Notes: generated from the letters alone by a model not told the origin. A DNA stretch of 64,000 bases from Selaginella moellendorffii (GCF_000143415.4 NW_003314335.1:464113-528112), one strand, 5' to 3'. Shown: positions 48,977 through 62,579, numbered from the stretch's first letter. Numbers and translations: made by a program.

Positions 48977-49196
48977 AGCTCCTCGCATTCTTCGAAATAT
49001 TTCTCCCAAGCCCTAATATAAAGATTCCGGAATATGCATAGCGTCGGAGAACTTGTCCACGTCACTCCAGGGCTTTCTTTCTTTTCTGGCGCCCTGTTCT
49101 TCGCTTGTCTTGCACTGCCAGCGAAAGCGCAACTATTCATGCTCTCCACCACCGCCATTTTGGTTGCTCCACAGTGACCTAGATCGTCGCAGGGGA

Positions 49197-51886
49197 ATGG
49201 GAGCGCCAGTCTTCGCCGCCGCGATTTCGATCGCCTTGCTCGCGGCCAGCGCCAGCGGCGATTTCCTGGTAGGATTGGGGAGCTACGATGTCACAGGGCC
49301 GGCGGCAGATGTAAATATGATGGGCTACGCCGATCCCTCGCAGAATGCCGCTGGAATCCATCTGCGCCTCAGGGCGCGGAGCTTCATCGTGGCGGAATCC
49401 GGCGCGGATGGGAGGCGAGTAGCGTTTGTGAACGTGGATTCGTGCATGGGATCGCAAGCGATCACGATCAAAGTTCTTTCCAAGCTCAAGGACAGGTAAA
49501 TATTTCTTTCTCTTCCACGATCGTGAGTGAGTTCTTCACTCTTTCTTTTGTGTGAGAGGAGGTATGGAGACACCTACAGTGAGAAGAATGTGATCATCAG
49601 TGGCATTCACACGCACTCTGGCCCTGGCGGTTACTTACAATACGTTCTCTACATTGTCACCTCCATCGGATTCGTCAAGCAATCTTTCAACGCTCTCGTG
49701 GATGGGATTTTCAGCAGCATTGTCCAGGCTCACGAGAATTTGAGGCCTGGTTCCATCTTACTCAATGAAGGTTAGAGATGGTGATCTCTCGATTCTAAAG
49801 TTTACTTCTCTCCAGGTGAGCTTTTGGATGCAAATATTAATCGTAGTCCCAGCGCGTATCTCAACAATCCCGTGGAAGAAAGGAAACGATACAAGTATAA
49901 TGTTGACAAGAACATGGTGCTCCTCAAGTTTTTGGACAGCAAACGAGCTCCGATCGGCTCTTTCAGCTGGTTTCCAGTCCATTGTACGTCGATGAATCGG
50001 ACCAACGAGCTTATAAGTGGTGACAACAAAGGTGCTGCTGCGCATTTCATGGAAGCTTGGTTTGACAAACAGCTAGAACAAGAAGGTACTGAGGTTAGAT
50101 CTTAGTTTTTCCTTTGCTCGTTTCTAGTTCTTTCACCGTTTCTTAGAACCAGGAAACTTGACTGAATTACAGATCCAACCATTGAAATGCTTGGAAAACC
50201 AGGTTGGACGATGAATGCTAGTGTTACCATTCGCAACAGGCGGAGGCTTGTTGGTGATTCCAGCTCGCCTTTCATCGCTGCGTTCTCTCAGAGCAACGAG
50301 GGAGACGTCTCTCCAAACACTCTGGGGGCCTTTTGCGCTGATAGTACCGTGGCTTGTGAGTTCAACCATAGCACCTGTGATGGACGGAACGAGCAGTGCA
50401 TTGGTCGTGGTCCTGGGTATGTAAAGTGGTTGTTTGTTTGTTGGTTTCATGGTTCCCGAAGTTTTCAAGTTTCTCACGCGATGACTTTGCAGATACCCGG
50501 ACCACTTTGCGAGCACTAAGATCATTGCTCAAAAACAGCTCCAGAAAGCAATAGAGCTATTCCGAAGCGCGAAAGAACAGGTGGTAGGACGAGTAAATTA
50601 CAAGCAAACTTTCGTCGATTTTACTCGTCTTAAAGTAACTCTCACCGCTGCAAACGGAACGACGTCAACGGTCACGACTTGTCCGGCTGCTGTTGGCTTT
50701 AGCTTCGCAGCGGGCACGACTGACGGTCCTGGAGCTTTCGATTTTACACAAGGCGATACCAAGGTATTACCTTAAAAACTTTTCCATAGTTTTCACTCTC
50801 TCACACTCGAGGCAGGGAAATGCGTTTTGGCGAATAGTTCGAGCGGCGCTGAAAACGCCAAACAAAGCACAGGTCGATTGTCAGTATCCAAAGCCAATTT
50901 TGATCGACACGGGCGAGATGACATTTCCATACGACTGGGCTGTAAGTCTTCTCTTGATGTCGTTCGTAGTTTTTTTACTTCCTGTCTGGTTTTTTCAGCC
51001 TTCAGTTCTTCCGATCCAAATCTCGCAGATCGGCCAACTTATCATCCTCTCGGTGCCTGCAGGTAGGTTGTTTTATTCTGTTTTGCGTGTTCGTGTTCCA
51101 TTTACGTTTGTCTTCCAGAGTTTAGTACCATGGCAGGACGACGATTGAGAGATGCCGTCAAAGAAACTCTCGTCGCTAAAGGTCGTGGCCAATTTGGTCC
51201 GAAAACTCGCGTCGTCATCGCTGGCCTCTCCAACGATTACTCTCAGTACGTGACCACTTTCGAGGAGTATCAAATCCAGCGTTACGAGGTTGGTCTCTTT
51301 TCTCTTGTTTCTTTGTTCCTGACTCCATGCTCAGGGTGCCTCGACGCTGTTTGGTCCTCACACTCTGAGCGGATATCTCCAAGAATTCCGGAAGCTCGCG
51401 ATCGCTCTAGCCGAGAACAGTAACGTCGACTCCGGGCCATCTCCGCCGGACCTTCTTGGCAAGCAGCTAGAGCTTCTCCCACCTGTGGTGATGGATACCA
51501 CTCCAGTCGGTGTCGACTTTGGCGATGCCAAGAACAACGTAAAGAGAGGCGCGAGTTACCGACCTGGGGACGTTGTGGAGGTGGTCTTCTGGACGGGCTG
51601 CCCAAGGAACGATTTGCTCACGGAGAAAAGCTTTAGCTCCGTGGAGATCGAGCAAAGCGATGGCTCCTGGCGATCGCTCTACGATGACAATGACTGGAGC
51701 GTGAGATTCCTGTGGAGGAGGCCGTCGTCGCTGAGCTCCAGGAGCTACGCAACGATTAGATGGGAGATACCCCAGGAAGTAAAGGCAGGGACTTACCGGA
51801 TCTCGCATTTTGGAGCGAGCAAGAGCTTGTTTGGAAGCGTGAGGCCTTTCTCTGGAAGCTCCAACTCCTTCCAAGTGAAATTGTAA
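49197..51886 (+). CDS. NCER: Neutral ceramidase, multi-exon
   Basis: Signal peptide. GLGSYDVTGPAADVNMMGY, GIHTHSGPGGY, NINRSPSAY, VHCTSM, ISGDNKG, NEGDVSPN, AAGTTDGPGAFDF, CPRNDL. Confidence 0.96.
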
Positions 51887-51900
51887 GCCAAGAGAGATGA

Positions 51901-51950
51901 AAGAACCCTAAAATTTCGCGAAGAGCCCTAAACTTGGCAAAGAACCCTAA
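51901..51950. promoter_or_regulatory. Telo-box-like motifs upstream of Per1
   Basis: gaaccctaaa, gagccctaaa and gaaccctaaa within about 50 bp. Canonical aaaccctag/aaaccctaa also occur at about 31647 and 31681, upstream of the UIM-like gene. Confidence 0.45.
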
Positions 51951-52037
51951 AAACAGAGAGCGTAAAAATAATTGTTTATTTGGATCTTTAGGTCAACCTT
52001 GTTATCGGCAATTTTTCCTTTCTTTACTACTCTGGGC

Positions 52038-53379
52038 ATGGCGGATCGAGCTTGGCCGCCATTGTTCGTCATTGCCGTGGAGATCCTGCTGCTCGCGCTC
52101 TTCTGCGGAGCGAGCGCCGGCGATCGGGATCCCAGCTACAGGTATGCGCCATTGGGATAGGGAAATTTTGCGTGGAAATTCCAGTCGCTCCGCAAGGGCG
52201 CTCATTGTCCCCGCCATGCTTTCTTTGACGCAGGGATTGCGTGGAGTCGTGCCAGAGCAGCGGCTGCATCGGGGATCTGTGCTTCTCATCGTGCAATGCG
52301 TCCACATTCTCTGGAAAGAAAGAGGAGGAGCCGATCTATTTGAGCATCACGCGATGGGATTGTCCGAGCGAGTGTCGCTACCAATGCATGACCCGGCGAG
52401 AAGATGAAAGAGCTCTGGCCGGAGAGAAGCCTGTCAAGTATCACGGAAAGTGGCCGTTTGATCGAATTTATGGTGTCCAGGTACGTAAGTTTGTTGTTCT
52501 TTCTTTCCTTTCGTGTTCCATCACTGTGCTGAGCTTCTTCTCTTTTTTTTTTTTCCACTTCTAGGAACCCGCTGCCGTGTTCTTCTCGCTACTTAATCTC
52601 TTCGCTCACGTCTGGGGTCTCGGATCGTTCCTCTCCACTGTGTACTACGAGCTTCCTCGAGGAAGAAAAGGACCATACTACGAATTCGTGGGACTCTGGA
52701 CGGTGTATGGGCTGCTTTCGATACATTCCTGGTTTTGGAGCGTGGTCTTTCATACAAGGTGTGGAACTTGGACTTGTTTCTTTCTTTTGTTCTTTAAGCT
52801 CGATAGATTGCTTCCTTTGCTCAGAGACACGCCAGTTCACGAGAGCTGGGACTACTCCTCAGCCGTGGCCACGCTTGGCTTCTCGCTCATCTTGGCCATC
52901 ACTAGAACACTGAGCATCAAAACCGAGGCGGCTCGAGTCATGGTCTCCGCGCCGTGCATTGGTTTCATAGCGACTCACATTTGCTACCTCAACTTTTACG
53001 AATTCGACTACGGTGAGATACTTTGTTGACACTTCCAAGAGAATTAAGTTTTTCCTTTCATTTGTTTTGCCTAGGCTGGAACATGATCGTGTGTGTGGTG
53101 ATGGGTCTAAGCCAACTTCTCTTCTGGCTGGTTTGGGCCATCGTCTCCAAGCATCCATCGAGATTAAAGGTATGGACTGTGGGACTGGGAACTTTGGGGG
53201 CGATGCTGCTCGAGCTATACGATTTTCCGCCGCTGGGAGGCCAGTTTGATGCTCACTCGCTGTGGCATTTGGGGACGATCCCTCTCACTTTTCTCTGGTG
53301 GAGCTTTGTCAAGGACGACGCCGTCGCGAGAACGTCAAGGCTCGTCAAGAGGAACCAAACCGTGAAGAAAGTAGAGTGA
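52038..53379 (+). CDS. Per1-like / PGAP3 GPI-remodelling membrane protein
   Basis: ASAGDRDPSYR|DCVESC, WDCPSECRYQCM, VKYHGKWPF, QEPAAV, WFWSVVFHTRD, DYGWNM, LELYDFPP, DAHSLWH. Confidence 0.95.
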
Positions 53380-53804
53380 AGGAAATGGGCTGTATAGGAT
53401 TTTTGTAAAATGGAATATGCTTTTCCAAAACCTTGTTTAGCCGACCGGAATTAGATTCCTTTTGTTGTCCATTATACACAAAATCTAGAGCGGGATTCCA
53501 ATTCCAACTCGATCGATCGATCCAATTCCAATCGAGGAGAATGTCTGCTGTGTCAGATTACGATGACAAGGTACAAAGACATAACGAGAATGTTGTGCTG
53601 TAGATGGTACTGTTCACAATCTGGAAACTTACATCAGCGTGGCTCACGCCTCTCGAGCACCAGCTTCTCGGAAAAAGATCTTACAGTGTCTGGTGACCGA
53701 GAATCTTGGCTGTGTTCTATTCTACGAACTTTTTGTCCTACGTGTTACTTTCTGGAAGAAAAAAATCCCATTCACGCACTATGTATTTACAGGCTATTGA
53801 CTTG

Positions 53805-55061
53805 TCAGTGCCCCCCGACGAGGCTGAGCAGGAAGTGTCTGTAGTTTCCAGAAGTGTCACCCGAGATCATTGATTCTAATGGCTTCTTGTACTTTTGGTA
53901 GAAATCCGCCTTGATGTACTGCATATCCTGCTCGGCCCTGGTGACGACCACTCTAATCAGCGTCGAGTCGTCGGTTCCCATACGTTTCATCGAGCCATAC
54001 AAAACCTGGACGCAGAGAATACGCGTAAGTTTCGAAGGAAGGACGGAAGCAAGAAAGAAACGTGACAAACCTTGGCGAAGTATCGTCCAGGCCTTGTTAC
54101 GGACTTAACGATCAGCCTCAGAGCATCTTCAAAGTCCCCGGAAGTTTCTCGCCTTATGGCCTACCAGCAAAAGTGAGTTTTCACTTTCCTTCCTTCCAAC
54201 TTTAAGGACTAGGGAGCTTTCTAGACACTGGATAGATGCTTACTTTGTCAATGTCGCGCTTGTACAGGTGTTTGTAGGCTGCGAATGCGGCGTGGAGCTG
54301 CGCGGCACTCCTCGTCGAGAAAATGCGAATGAAAGTCGACTCGTCGGTGCCAAGCCTTCCTTCTCCAGCTCTATACAACTCTCTCGCGTCGGCGTCAGCT
54401 AAATGCATGTCTACGTGAGGCCCCTCCGGCCGCTGTCCACTCGCGAAGGCCAAGAGCAGCTGCAAAATCAAAGCTCGTGAAAACTCGTTACGTAAGAGGT
54501 TTTCGTATTCTTCTCACCTTTCTATAGTCACCACTTGTGTCTGAGTGAATGTCTTTGTCCAGGGAGCGATGATACTTGGTTTGATATGCCTGGCGTATGT
54601 AGTAGAGCTGCGAGGGAGTTCTCGAGCAGATGATCTCGATCAGCGTCTTATCTTTGGTACCCAGTCCTTTCATCGCATCTCTGAGTAACACCGCGTCCCT
54701 TTCAGCTGGCTCCATCATCCACAGCAGCACTGCTTGCTGGAAGACATATCAAAGATTTTAATCTTCGCACACTAAAACTAAACTCACCTCGAGCTTCCCG
54801 TGGAGCTCTTTCTCCAATCTTCGCAACAGATCCTCTCCATACATGCTTCTGTAAGCGTTTACCAGCTCTCTCCGCTGCAAGTAATTCCTGTGCGCCAGAA
54901 TTTGTATGACGTGCTTCTCATTGCATCCAAATCCTGGCGGAAAGAAGAAGAGTTACATCCGATGATCGCGAGCGATCGATCTCACCTTTGAAAGCGTGAT
55001 GCAAGGCCTGGCAATCTTGCTGGACGGGGGGAAGCATCGGCGGCACTGTGATCGTGGACAT
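53805..55061 (-). CDS. ANN: Annexin, copy B (inverted duplicate of copy A)
   Basis: Near-identical exons and introns to 46662-47951 on the opposite strand. Confidence 0.95.
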
Positions 55062-57344
55062 TGCGGTAGCGAATCCAAGCGCAATTAGATGGGAGAAGAA
55101 ATTTAGTGCCGCGCCGAAGGAATCCCTTGGAGTTTATCCAAGAAAGACGCGCATTTGGTAAAATAGACTGCCGCGTGGACACTACATTAGACAGAAGAAT
55201 ATACGAGAGATCTACATTGCCCAGCAAAGGGAATATCTTTCGAATATACTCAATTTAAGGCCACAATGCTCCAAATCGCAGGGAGAGCATAATCTGACTT
55301 CTGGAAAGTGAACGTCCATTGGTGGGGCATCAAGCACACGTATTATATGACACAGCGGCACTGTATGTGGCGCCTACAAAAACTCCCTACCCAATCCTTG
55401 TATTTGACACCTTCACACCCACATAAATAATGCACTTGTTATTTATGGATACACTATCGCATTCGCCACGTGGACGTGAAAATTTACGCATGCAACGCTA
55501 CACCGAAATCGGGCAAGTTAGCCATTCATCATCTAAGGTCAAGGTAATTCACTTAAGATCAAGCATAAGCTCAAGCTTGGGGTAGTCCACATGGCAGCTA
55601 GCAGTTATGGCTGGCCACGTCTATTGTTTGCTAAGGCATTGGACTCCAATTCAGTGCTTGGGGATCCTATTGATTTGTAGCCATCCTTGCCTCATCTACA
55701 TAGTGCATACCCTAATTTTGGTATGGCCCCAAGGATTGGTTTGGTTGGATTTATGTAGAAATTATGTCTATTTAGCAGTTGAAGAGTTTTCAAGCATCAA
55801 GTTCTTAACGCCATCAAAGGACAAAACTTAAGAAATGCAATGATTTATTCTAGTTCTAGTCTATTTTGGAACAAGAAAGTACAATCCCTATTATATACCT
55901 TGAGGCTACTTCAGGAGCTTTCAGATCACTTGATCTGAATCTCTAAAAGAAAGTGTGAGAGGTATTGAAGGATAATATTGTCAATAGCAACGACAAAATC
56001 CCTGTTTATTCCCATAAAGGGATTTTTTATCAAATTTGTACTCACATTATCAATTGGGATAGAAGTTTTCAGCCGTGTTTCAAGAATTTGATCTAGCAAC
56101 TATTCAAGTTGTTCATACTGTATATGTGGAGGCATGTGGAGTTCAACCTGCTCCACTTAAAGATCTACATATTTTAGTCTCAATAAATCAACACAATTGG
56201 AAGTATACATGGTGGATTAATCCATTGATAGGCCATTAGCTTTACTTTGAGATATTTTTACTAAAACTTTGTTTCCTACCATAAGTTCAAGAGTGAACCT
56301 TTCACCTTGACCTTGATAAGGTATGGATTCATATCCATTACCTTTTAAGCTTAACTTATGCTCAAAGACACTACTATTCAGCTTAAAGATATTATTTTTG
56401 TGTTTGACTTGCAAGTTATTCAGCACCTTTAGGCTTTATATTCATAACAAACCTCAATCAACACAACCAAGATGAGTCATATATGCTAGCCTCTTCTGTA
56501 ATCAGATAGTTAGCTCACACTTTTGAGCGATTTCCAACCATACCATCAACTTTAATATTGGTTTTATACATCAACAACATTTTTGCTTAACCAATTTAAT
56601 CAACTTTACTAACTCGTTAAGCCTTACCAGATATATAAGAGACTTTGAAACAAATATCTAAACTCAAGTGAATGTTCTATGGCACTTTGGAGACCCAACA
56701 TAAGATCTATCTAAAGATCAACATGCTGAAATTCGTCCAGGAATTACAACACTATATTTAAGTGAAATTTGCATAAAAACAAGAACTGCTTACACAATTT
56801 CATAAGAAACACCCCAAGTATTTGGATGCAACTCCTTGAAGTGGGATTAACACAATACACCATTAAAGGATTTACAACCAGATCACCTGGAGGACATATC
56901 CATCCTTGTCTAGCTTAGTCTTATTTAATGTGCAACTCCAACCATGGATAATATAGTAAAAAAGTCTTTTTATAAATCTCTAACAAAATAGACCTTGAAC
57001 ACCTTTACAGGATCTTGATCTTTTGGCTTCTCCAAAGTGTTTGAAGACTTTTGTTGTCTACCATACTTTTTTACAAACACAAGTAAATATATACCTGATG
57101 TGATCATTTAAACATCTTGGACAGCTTTTAAACAAGCAGCTGATATTAACTTTGATCCATCCTTTGCAAGTATCAAGAAAAGGGTCTAGCATATTGAAGA
57201 ACCCTAAAAATCTGAGAAAATAAACGAGCATGCCCTTCACCGCTAGCCTGGTGGCGGCATTGCACAGGCAGATGGAACTCAACGAGCCCGGGGTGGGATA
57301 TTCCGTGCCGCCTGGAGGAAAACATTTCGTTTATGTGGGGTGAA

Positions 57345-58995
57345 CCCTAACTGAGTGCTAATGTGGCAAACTGAGTGTGAGGACAAATTTTTGGTTCACA
57401 TTGGGAAGAAGGTGTTAGTGTGATCACACAAGGTGTTTTGTAGTGCATTCTTGTGCCTCAAAGGTCGATCATTCTTTGGTTTCCCTTGTTTTTGTGCATG
57501 TATCCATGAATAGAGAGCTAGTCCTTATTATAGTGGAGGTGAGGGGCAGCCATATGGCCGAATGCTCTCACATGGCTGTCCATTCCTGGACCATGTGTGG
57601 AAGATTGATGTTTGCTAAATTGAGCATCGTGAGTGGTTTCTAATTTGAGCAATGTAAATAGAGCTTAAGGCTTTGTGTGGCATCAGAGACTTTTAATGAG
57701 AATGCTAAAATCATTGTTAGAAAGTGATGCAATAAATCAAGACAAAAGCTTACTTTTTTAGGCATAGTGAGTAAGCAACTGCTTACTTTTCTGTTTAAAC
57801 ACCCTGTGTGGGAGAGAAAACTTTAGCTGGTGCTGTAGTAGGCTAGCATTTTCTTCTTGGCAAATGGCTAGTACTAAGTCAAGTGCAGCTGGGGGTGTAG
57901 TGAGGAATGAGGGAGAGAAATGCCTAGGGATGTAGGACTTGTTATTCTGGGCTCAGCAAGCTGTGGTGGCTTTGGTTCTTATGGCTGGGTATCTTGGCAT
58001 GGTGTATAGACTAGATGAAGCTACAAGTCCTGGAAAGAGGGCTTGGAAAGGTTGATTGCAAAATGAACTTGTTCATGGCAAATACTCAAATGCACATGTA
58101 CTCGCGGTATGGGACCTTGATGGGTGTTAGAGCAGTGTTTGAATGTCCCAACCTAATTTCATAAACAGCACTTATCCAAAGCTGTGTGGAGAATGGTGAA
58201 GAGGAGCTGTTTTCATGAATACAAAAGTCACAATAGAGATGTTTATTGGATGCACAAATGTTCGTGGCTGTTCTTGATATTTCGAGATCCTCAGTTCTTT
58301 GTGGCTAGACTCATGGCCGGTGCTAATTTGGTGGAGACAACCAAGATCAACTCCTAGAAAGACTCACTTTCGTTCACTCTCGAGCTAAGAAGAGTAGATG
58401 TGACATAGATATATGCTAACTATGGTAGCATTGGAAATGCTCGAGGGGTTTTTCTTTTCATCAAATGCCTCAATGGGACGTGGTTTCTTAGACCTCTTTA
58501 GTGTTATTGGAAAATTGAAGGATTTTGATGAAAATAGAGTGGTGTGAACTTATGTGGCTATCTTGGATGATGTTAGCTTGGCCATGAGCATGAATTTTGA
58601 TTTTGTGGGTGTGACACAAATCTAAAAACGTAGGAGAGAAGAAAATGCTAGGACACTAAGGTTAGTACATTTTTTTTGAGAAAGGATACAGAGCATGCTG
58701 TTTATAATTTTAGTTATGTGATAGTTTGGTGCAAAAGTTGAGCAAGATAACTGTGAAATTTTCAATAACTTTGTTTCTGAATGTGAAATTTTTAGTTTAC
58801 ACGCAAGTTTTAATAGCTACATATATAGTGGGCTAAAGTGATGCCTTAGTTTGTAACTGAGTGCTGATGTGGCATGGTTCACTTTCAGAAGATGTGAGCA
58901 ATGGGTGCTAGTGTGAGAACATGGGGTGTTTTATAGTGCATTCTTGTGCCTCAAAGGTTGATCAATTTTTGGTTTCCCTTGTTTTTATGCATGTG
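57345..58995 (+). pseudogene. Degenerate PPR relic between ~150-bp direct repeats
   Basis: Fragments MYSRYG...RAVFE, YANYGSIGNARGVF and DVVS*T. Repeat taactgagtgct.atgtggca...gtgcattcttgtgcctcaaagg at about 57348-57502 and 58853-58995. Confidence 0.6.
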
Positions 58996-59078
58996 TTTAA
59001 GTCTATTCCCAAGCACAACACCTAGCTTTTAAATAAAAGCAAGTGGTGCTTATTAAATAAAAGAATAAACGATGCGGT

Positions 59079-59369
59079 CTAAAACTCCCCGGGCATCGTC
59101 AACTCTAGTACACTGTCCGTACATGTCCACAAGAAGATCAAAGTATCTCGTTCGTGCCCACGCTTGCAAATGTGCCTGTGGATTCTCTTTCCCAGTTCCC
59201 GAGCTTTGCTGCTCCTACATCTTCGTAGAAGAGGAGCGTACATGTTTGAATCTGCATAAGAGAGGGTCTCTAGTCGCTCCACCGAGATTGCTAAACACTC
59301 CACTGTATGATCTACTGATGGTAGAAAATCTGTATTATGGATGGATGCTTTGTCTTGCTCTTTCTCCAA
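59079..59369 (-). pseudogene. PLS-type PPR N-terminal fragment
   Basis: MYAPLLRRCRSSKARELGKRIHRHI, then frameshifted LVDMYGQCTRVDDARGV. Confidence 0.7.
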
Positions 59370-59948
59370 TCCATATGCCTCCTTGTCTTCTGGACTCCTT
59401 TTAAGCTTGGTATTTCTTGTAAATGATAATAGATCATTTCTTTATAGAGGAGAATAAGAAAAGATCAGAAATATAAAATATATATTAAAAAGAAAGAATG
59501 TTCCAACTCTCTCTTGAATAGCTTACAGTCATACACCTTATGATGTAACTATACCTAAATTACCACATGTATGCCACTAGAAAGTAAAATTATAAAGGCC
59601 CACTTCTTACTTCTTGTAGGAACCTTTAGACAAATTAACAGATCAACAATCGCAAAGGAGATAGAATGGAGTTGTCCACAAAATTCCTTGGAACAAGCCA
59701 TACGATTCTAAACATGTTTATAATTTATATCCTTTCTTTTAATTTTAGTTTATTTTACACAGAAGCCAAACCTCTCCTGGATTTAAATTTGATCCCGTGA
59801 CTTCAGTTACATTTCGAAGTGCGCTGCCTTCGGTCAAGGAGGAAGAGCAAGCAGCTGCTTCCGCCCCGAGTAGCTCTTTCTGATTCTTTCGCCGCTGCCC
59901 CCAGTGATGCACCCGACTTGCTTTTCCAAGTCGTGATCAGGAGTGGTA

Positions 59949-60542
59949 TCATCTGATAACTTTTAAGTTCCAGTAGTCCTCCTCGTCTTCTGGATTGAAT
60001 TCTTGTTGCGCGCCTTCTTTGAGCATTGCTTCGTGGCTTTCAGGTTCCATATGCTTCTTTAGAAAGTCCGGAATCTCGTCGAAGTCTGATGCTTCTGGTT
60101 TAAAAAGGAAAAGTCAGACCTAGAAGCTCAAGGAATGATTGCTAGCTCACCCTTAGAATTCGACGACTGCGAGCATTTTTCGAGAAGAGTCTGTGCTGCT
60201 CGTCGCACCCAAAAATCCAAGTTCTCAACGGACTCCAGCAGACGCTTAGAAAGCAGCAACAAATCGTTGGGCCGAAAGCGATAGGATCGCAGGTAAACAA
60301 AGGTCAACACATCAGCTTGCATCGCGCTAGGCAGTGGTTCAATCCACAGGCAGCTGCAACCATGACAAAAAATTCACCCAGAAATCCAGAAAACACAAAA
60401 CCCTACTTGCTAGCCTGGATGCCGTCCAGAAGCGCAACCTCGCCAGAAGATCGGGGATGAGCATCCAAAGCTGCGAAGAATGCCCCGAATCAACCGCTAG
60501 GCGCACGCCGCCATCCCGCTGGAGCAATCCTAGGAGCTCCAT
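59949..60542 (-). CDS. Hypothetical 3-exon protein, possibly a remnant
   Basis: MELLGLLQRDGG..., MQADVLTFVYL...NSK|EASDFDEIPDFLKKHMEPE...WNLKVIR* with plausible GT-AG junctions. No family recognised. Confidence 0.4.
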
Positions 60543-60668
60543 CCCAGCCCTAAATTCAAAACTAGGCGCGAAGAAATTAGGTCAAATAGAAAGTAGGTAT
60601 ATTTAACCAACGTTTGTGGTGATAAGCAATGGTTTTCTAGAGTATGGACTTTACAGATCGTAGTCCTA

Positions 60669-61680
60669 TTACTTGTGCAATTTACAGAGGAGGAAGAGGC
60701 AGCCCGAGGAGAAAAGAATGGTCAAGAGACACACGAGATCCAAGCCTGTGTGGATGACGATCTTCTTGCTCTTGTCAAACATGCCAACCAGAAGGATCAT
60801 GACGATAACATGTCCCAGTTTCGTCTTGAGCTCGTCCAGGGATCGAATTTCCAGCCACTTCGGGCGCTCCTGAATGAAAGATATGATTCACAAACTTTCG
60901 AAACGAGGGGTTTTGAGCAAAGTCACCTGGAGCCTGAAAAGCCCAAACAAGTTGGAGCCGCAAACAGTAGTTCTGGGGACTAGCCGGGAGGTTCTCTTCT
61001 GGAATGTCGAGCGTGCTCACAAACAACTCGTACAAGCCCATCCCGAAGATGAGCATCACAGTCCCCATCTGCAAAGATCAAATTAAGTTGAGCACTGTTT
61101 GATCTCAATCTAGATTTTAGATCTCCATCGTACCTACAGCTTCCACCAGCAAAAGTATAACTTCGGTGTCAACTCCTTGCCAGATTGCATTGAAATACTC
61201 TATAAACGACCTCGACACGAACAAAGAACCCTGTCACAAAGCAAAAGTTTTGAGCATAGGAACCAAAACTAAGAAAAACTTGCCGATGGAAGAGTTAGAT
61301 ATGATTTACCTTGACAAAACACAGCAAGCCTCAATCACTCCGAACAGTGTGAGGAATCTGCAATCTAAAATTGCCTGAAAGGAACTCCAAAAGAGAGATA
61401 AACAAAACTATCAATGAAAACAGTTCCTAAATATCTTTCTTACCCTTTCGATGCGTTCCTCCAGGCGCTTGCTTCGATCGTAATGCTTCACAATCTGAGC
61501 CGCGGCGGCAGCAGATCAATACGAGCCCATTCTCGTGATGACCGATCGCGCCGGCCTCACGGAAATCCGCCGCTGGCTCCAGAGACCGCTGGCAGCCAAT
61601 CTTTTGGCTGCCGATCTGTGAAATATCCGCGGCTGCGTGGCAAGCATGGAAAATCTGTGACGCCCCAAGGCGCTCGCCAT
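60669..61680 (-). pseudogene. UPF0114-domain gene with several frameshifts
   Basis: LEERIER|AILDCRFLTLFGV, LLVEAV, MGTVMLIFGMGLYELF, SNLFGLF, ERPKWLEIRSLDELKTKLGHVIVMILLV. The frame breaks between these blocks. Confidence 0.8.
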
Positions 61681-62579
61681 AGCTGGCTGCTCAACCCGGC
61701 CACTGAATGCTCATACCCAGAATTTGGATATGCGACACGGCTGTAGTGGCAGATCGACTGGGATTCGCATAGGACATTTTTGCAGAAAAAAAAGTTTTTA
61801 CAGTTGATCAATTGATTTTAAGCTTTATTGCAACAAAGGCAAGACTATTAGTAACAAGTCTATTTATATTGGCACCACTTGCTTTGACTCTCTAGAAAGC
61901 CTACAAAAAAATAGCAAAGAACAGGACATTACCACTTCCATACTGGTTTTAAGCTGGAATTGTTTTGACCTTTTCTTTAGTAATGGAAGTTTTCTATTTT
62001 AACTTGAATATATATGCTCTTCAATAAAAAAATTTATCTTTTGCAAAAGGAAATGAAAAAAAGCCTACCTTTCCTTGCTTGTGTGACAAGAAAATTGAAG
62101 CTATTACATTTGAAATAAACAAAAAGCTTGCCTACCTTGTGCACCCACTTCTGAGGATCTATAAATACAATTGATCAGCCTAATGAAGCTCCTTTTTTTA
62201 ATTGATTTGCAACTTGTGACATGAACTTAAACTATTATATTCAACACAAATAATGAACCTCCTTGGCTCTTTTTAAACCATGACAGCCCTGCTGTGGCTA
62301 AATTCCTAAAGAAGTTGAGTGCAATCAACCAATCCAATATCTATGGAGCTCCTCCCAAAAGATGGACTAAGATCTTCTTTTAGCTTTCCACTTTGATGTA
62401 GCCGATGATCAAGATGCTCTAGATTCTAAAGCTCCTTGTGGGCAAGAGCTACAATGCCAATACTGTGTGTCATCTTTGGCTTGATCTCTAAGTCCAAGCC
62501 TATAGAGTAGAACATGGTGCAAATTATAGTTGGCAAGAGGAGTTGGGCAAGCTTACACATGTTTTGAGTCTTTCCTGTA

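Noticed and set aside
55860-57200. Possible decayed DNA transposase (YYPWLE-like fragment on the minus strand)
   Set aside because: It is too degenerate, with no termini or catalytic motifs identifiable by eye. A TBLASTX against a TE library is needed.
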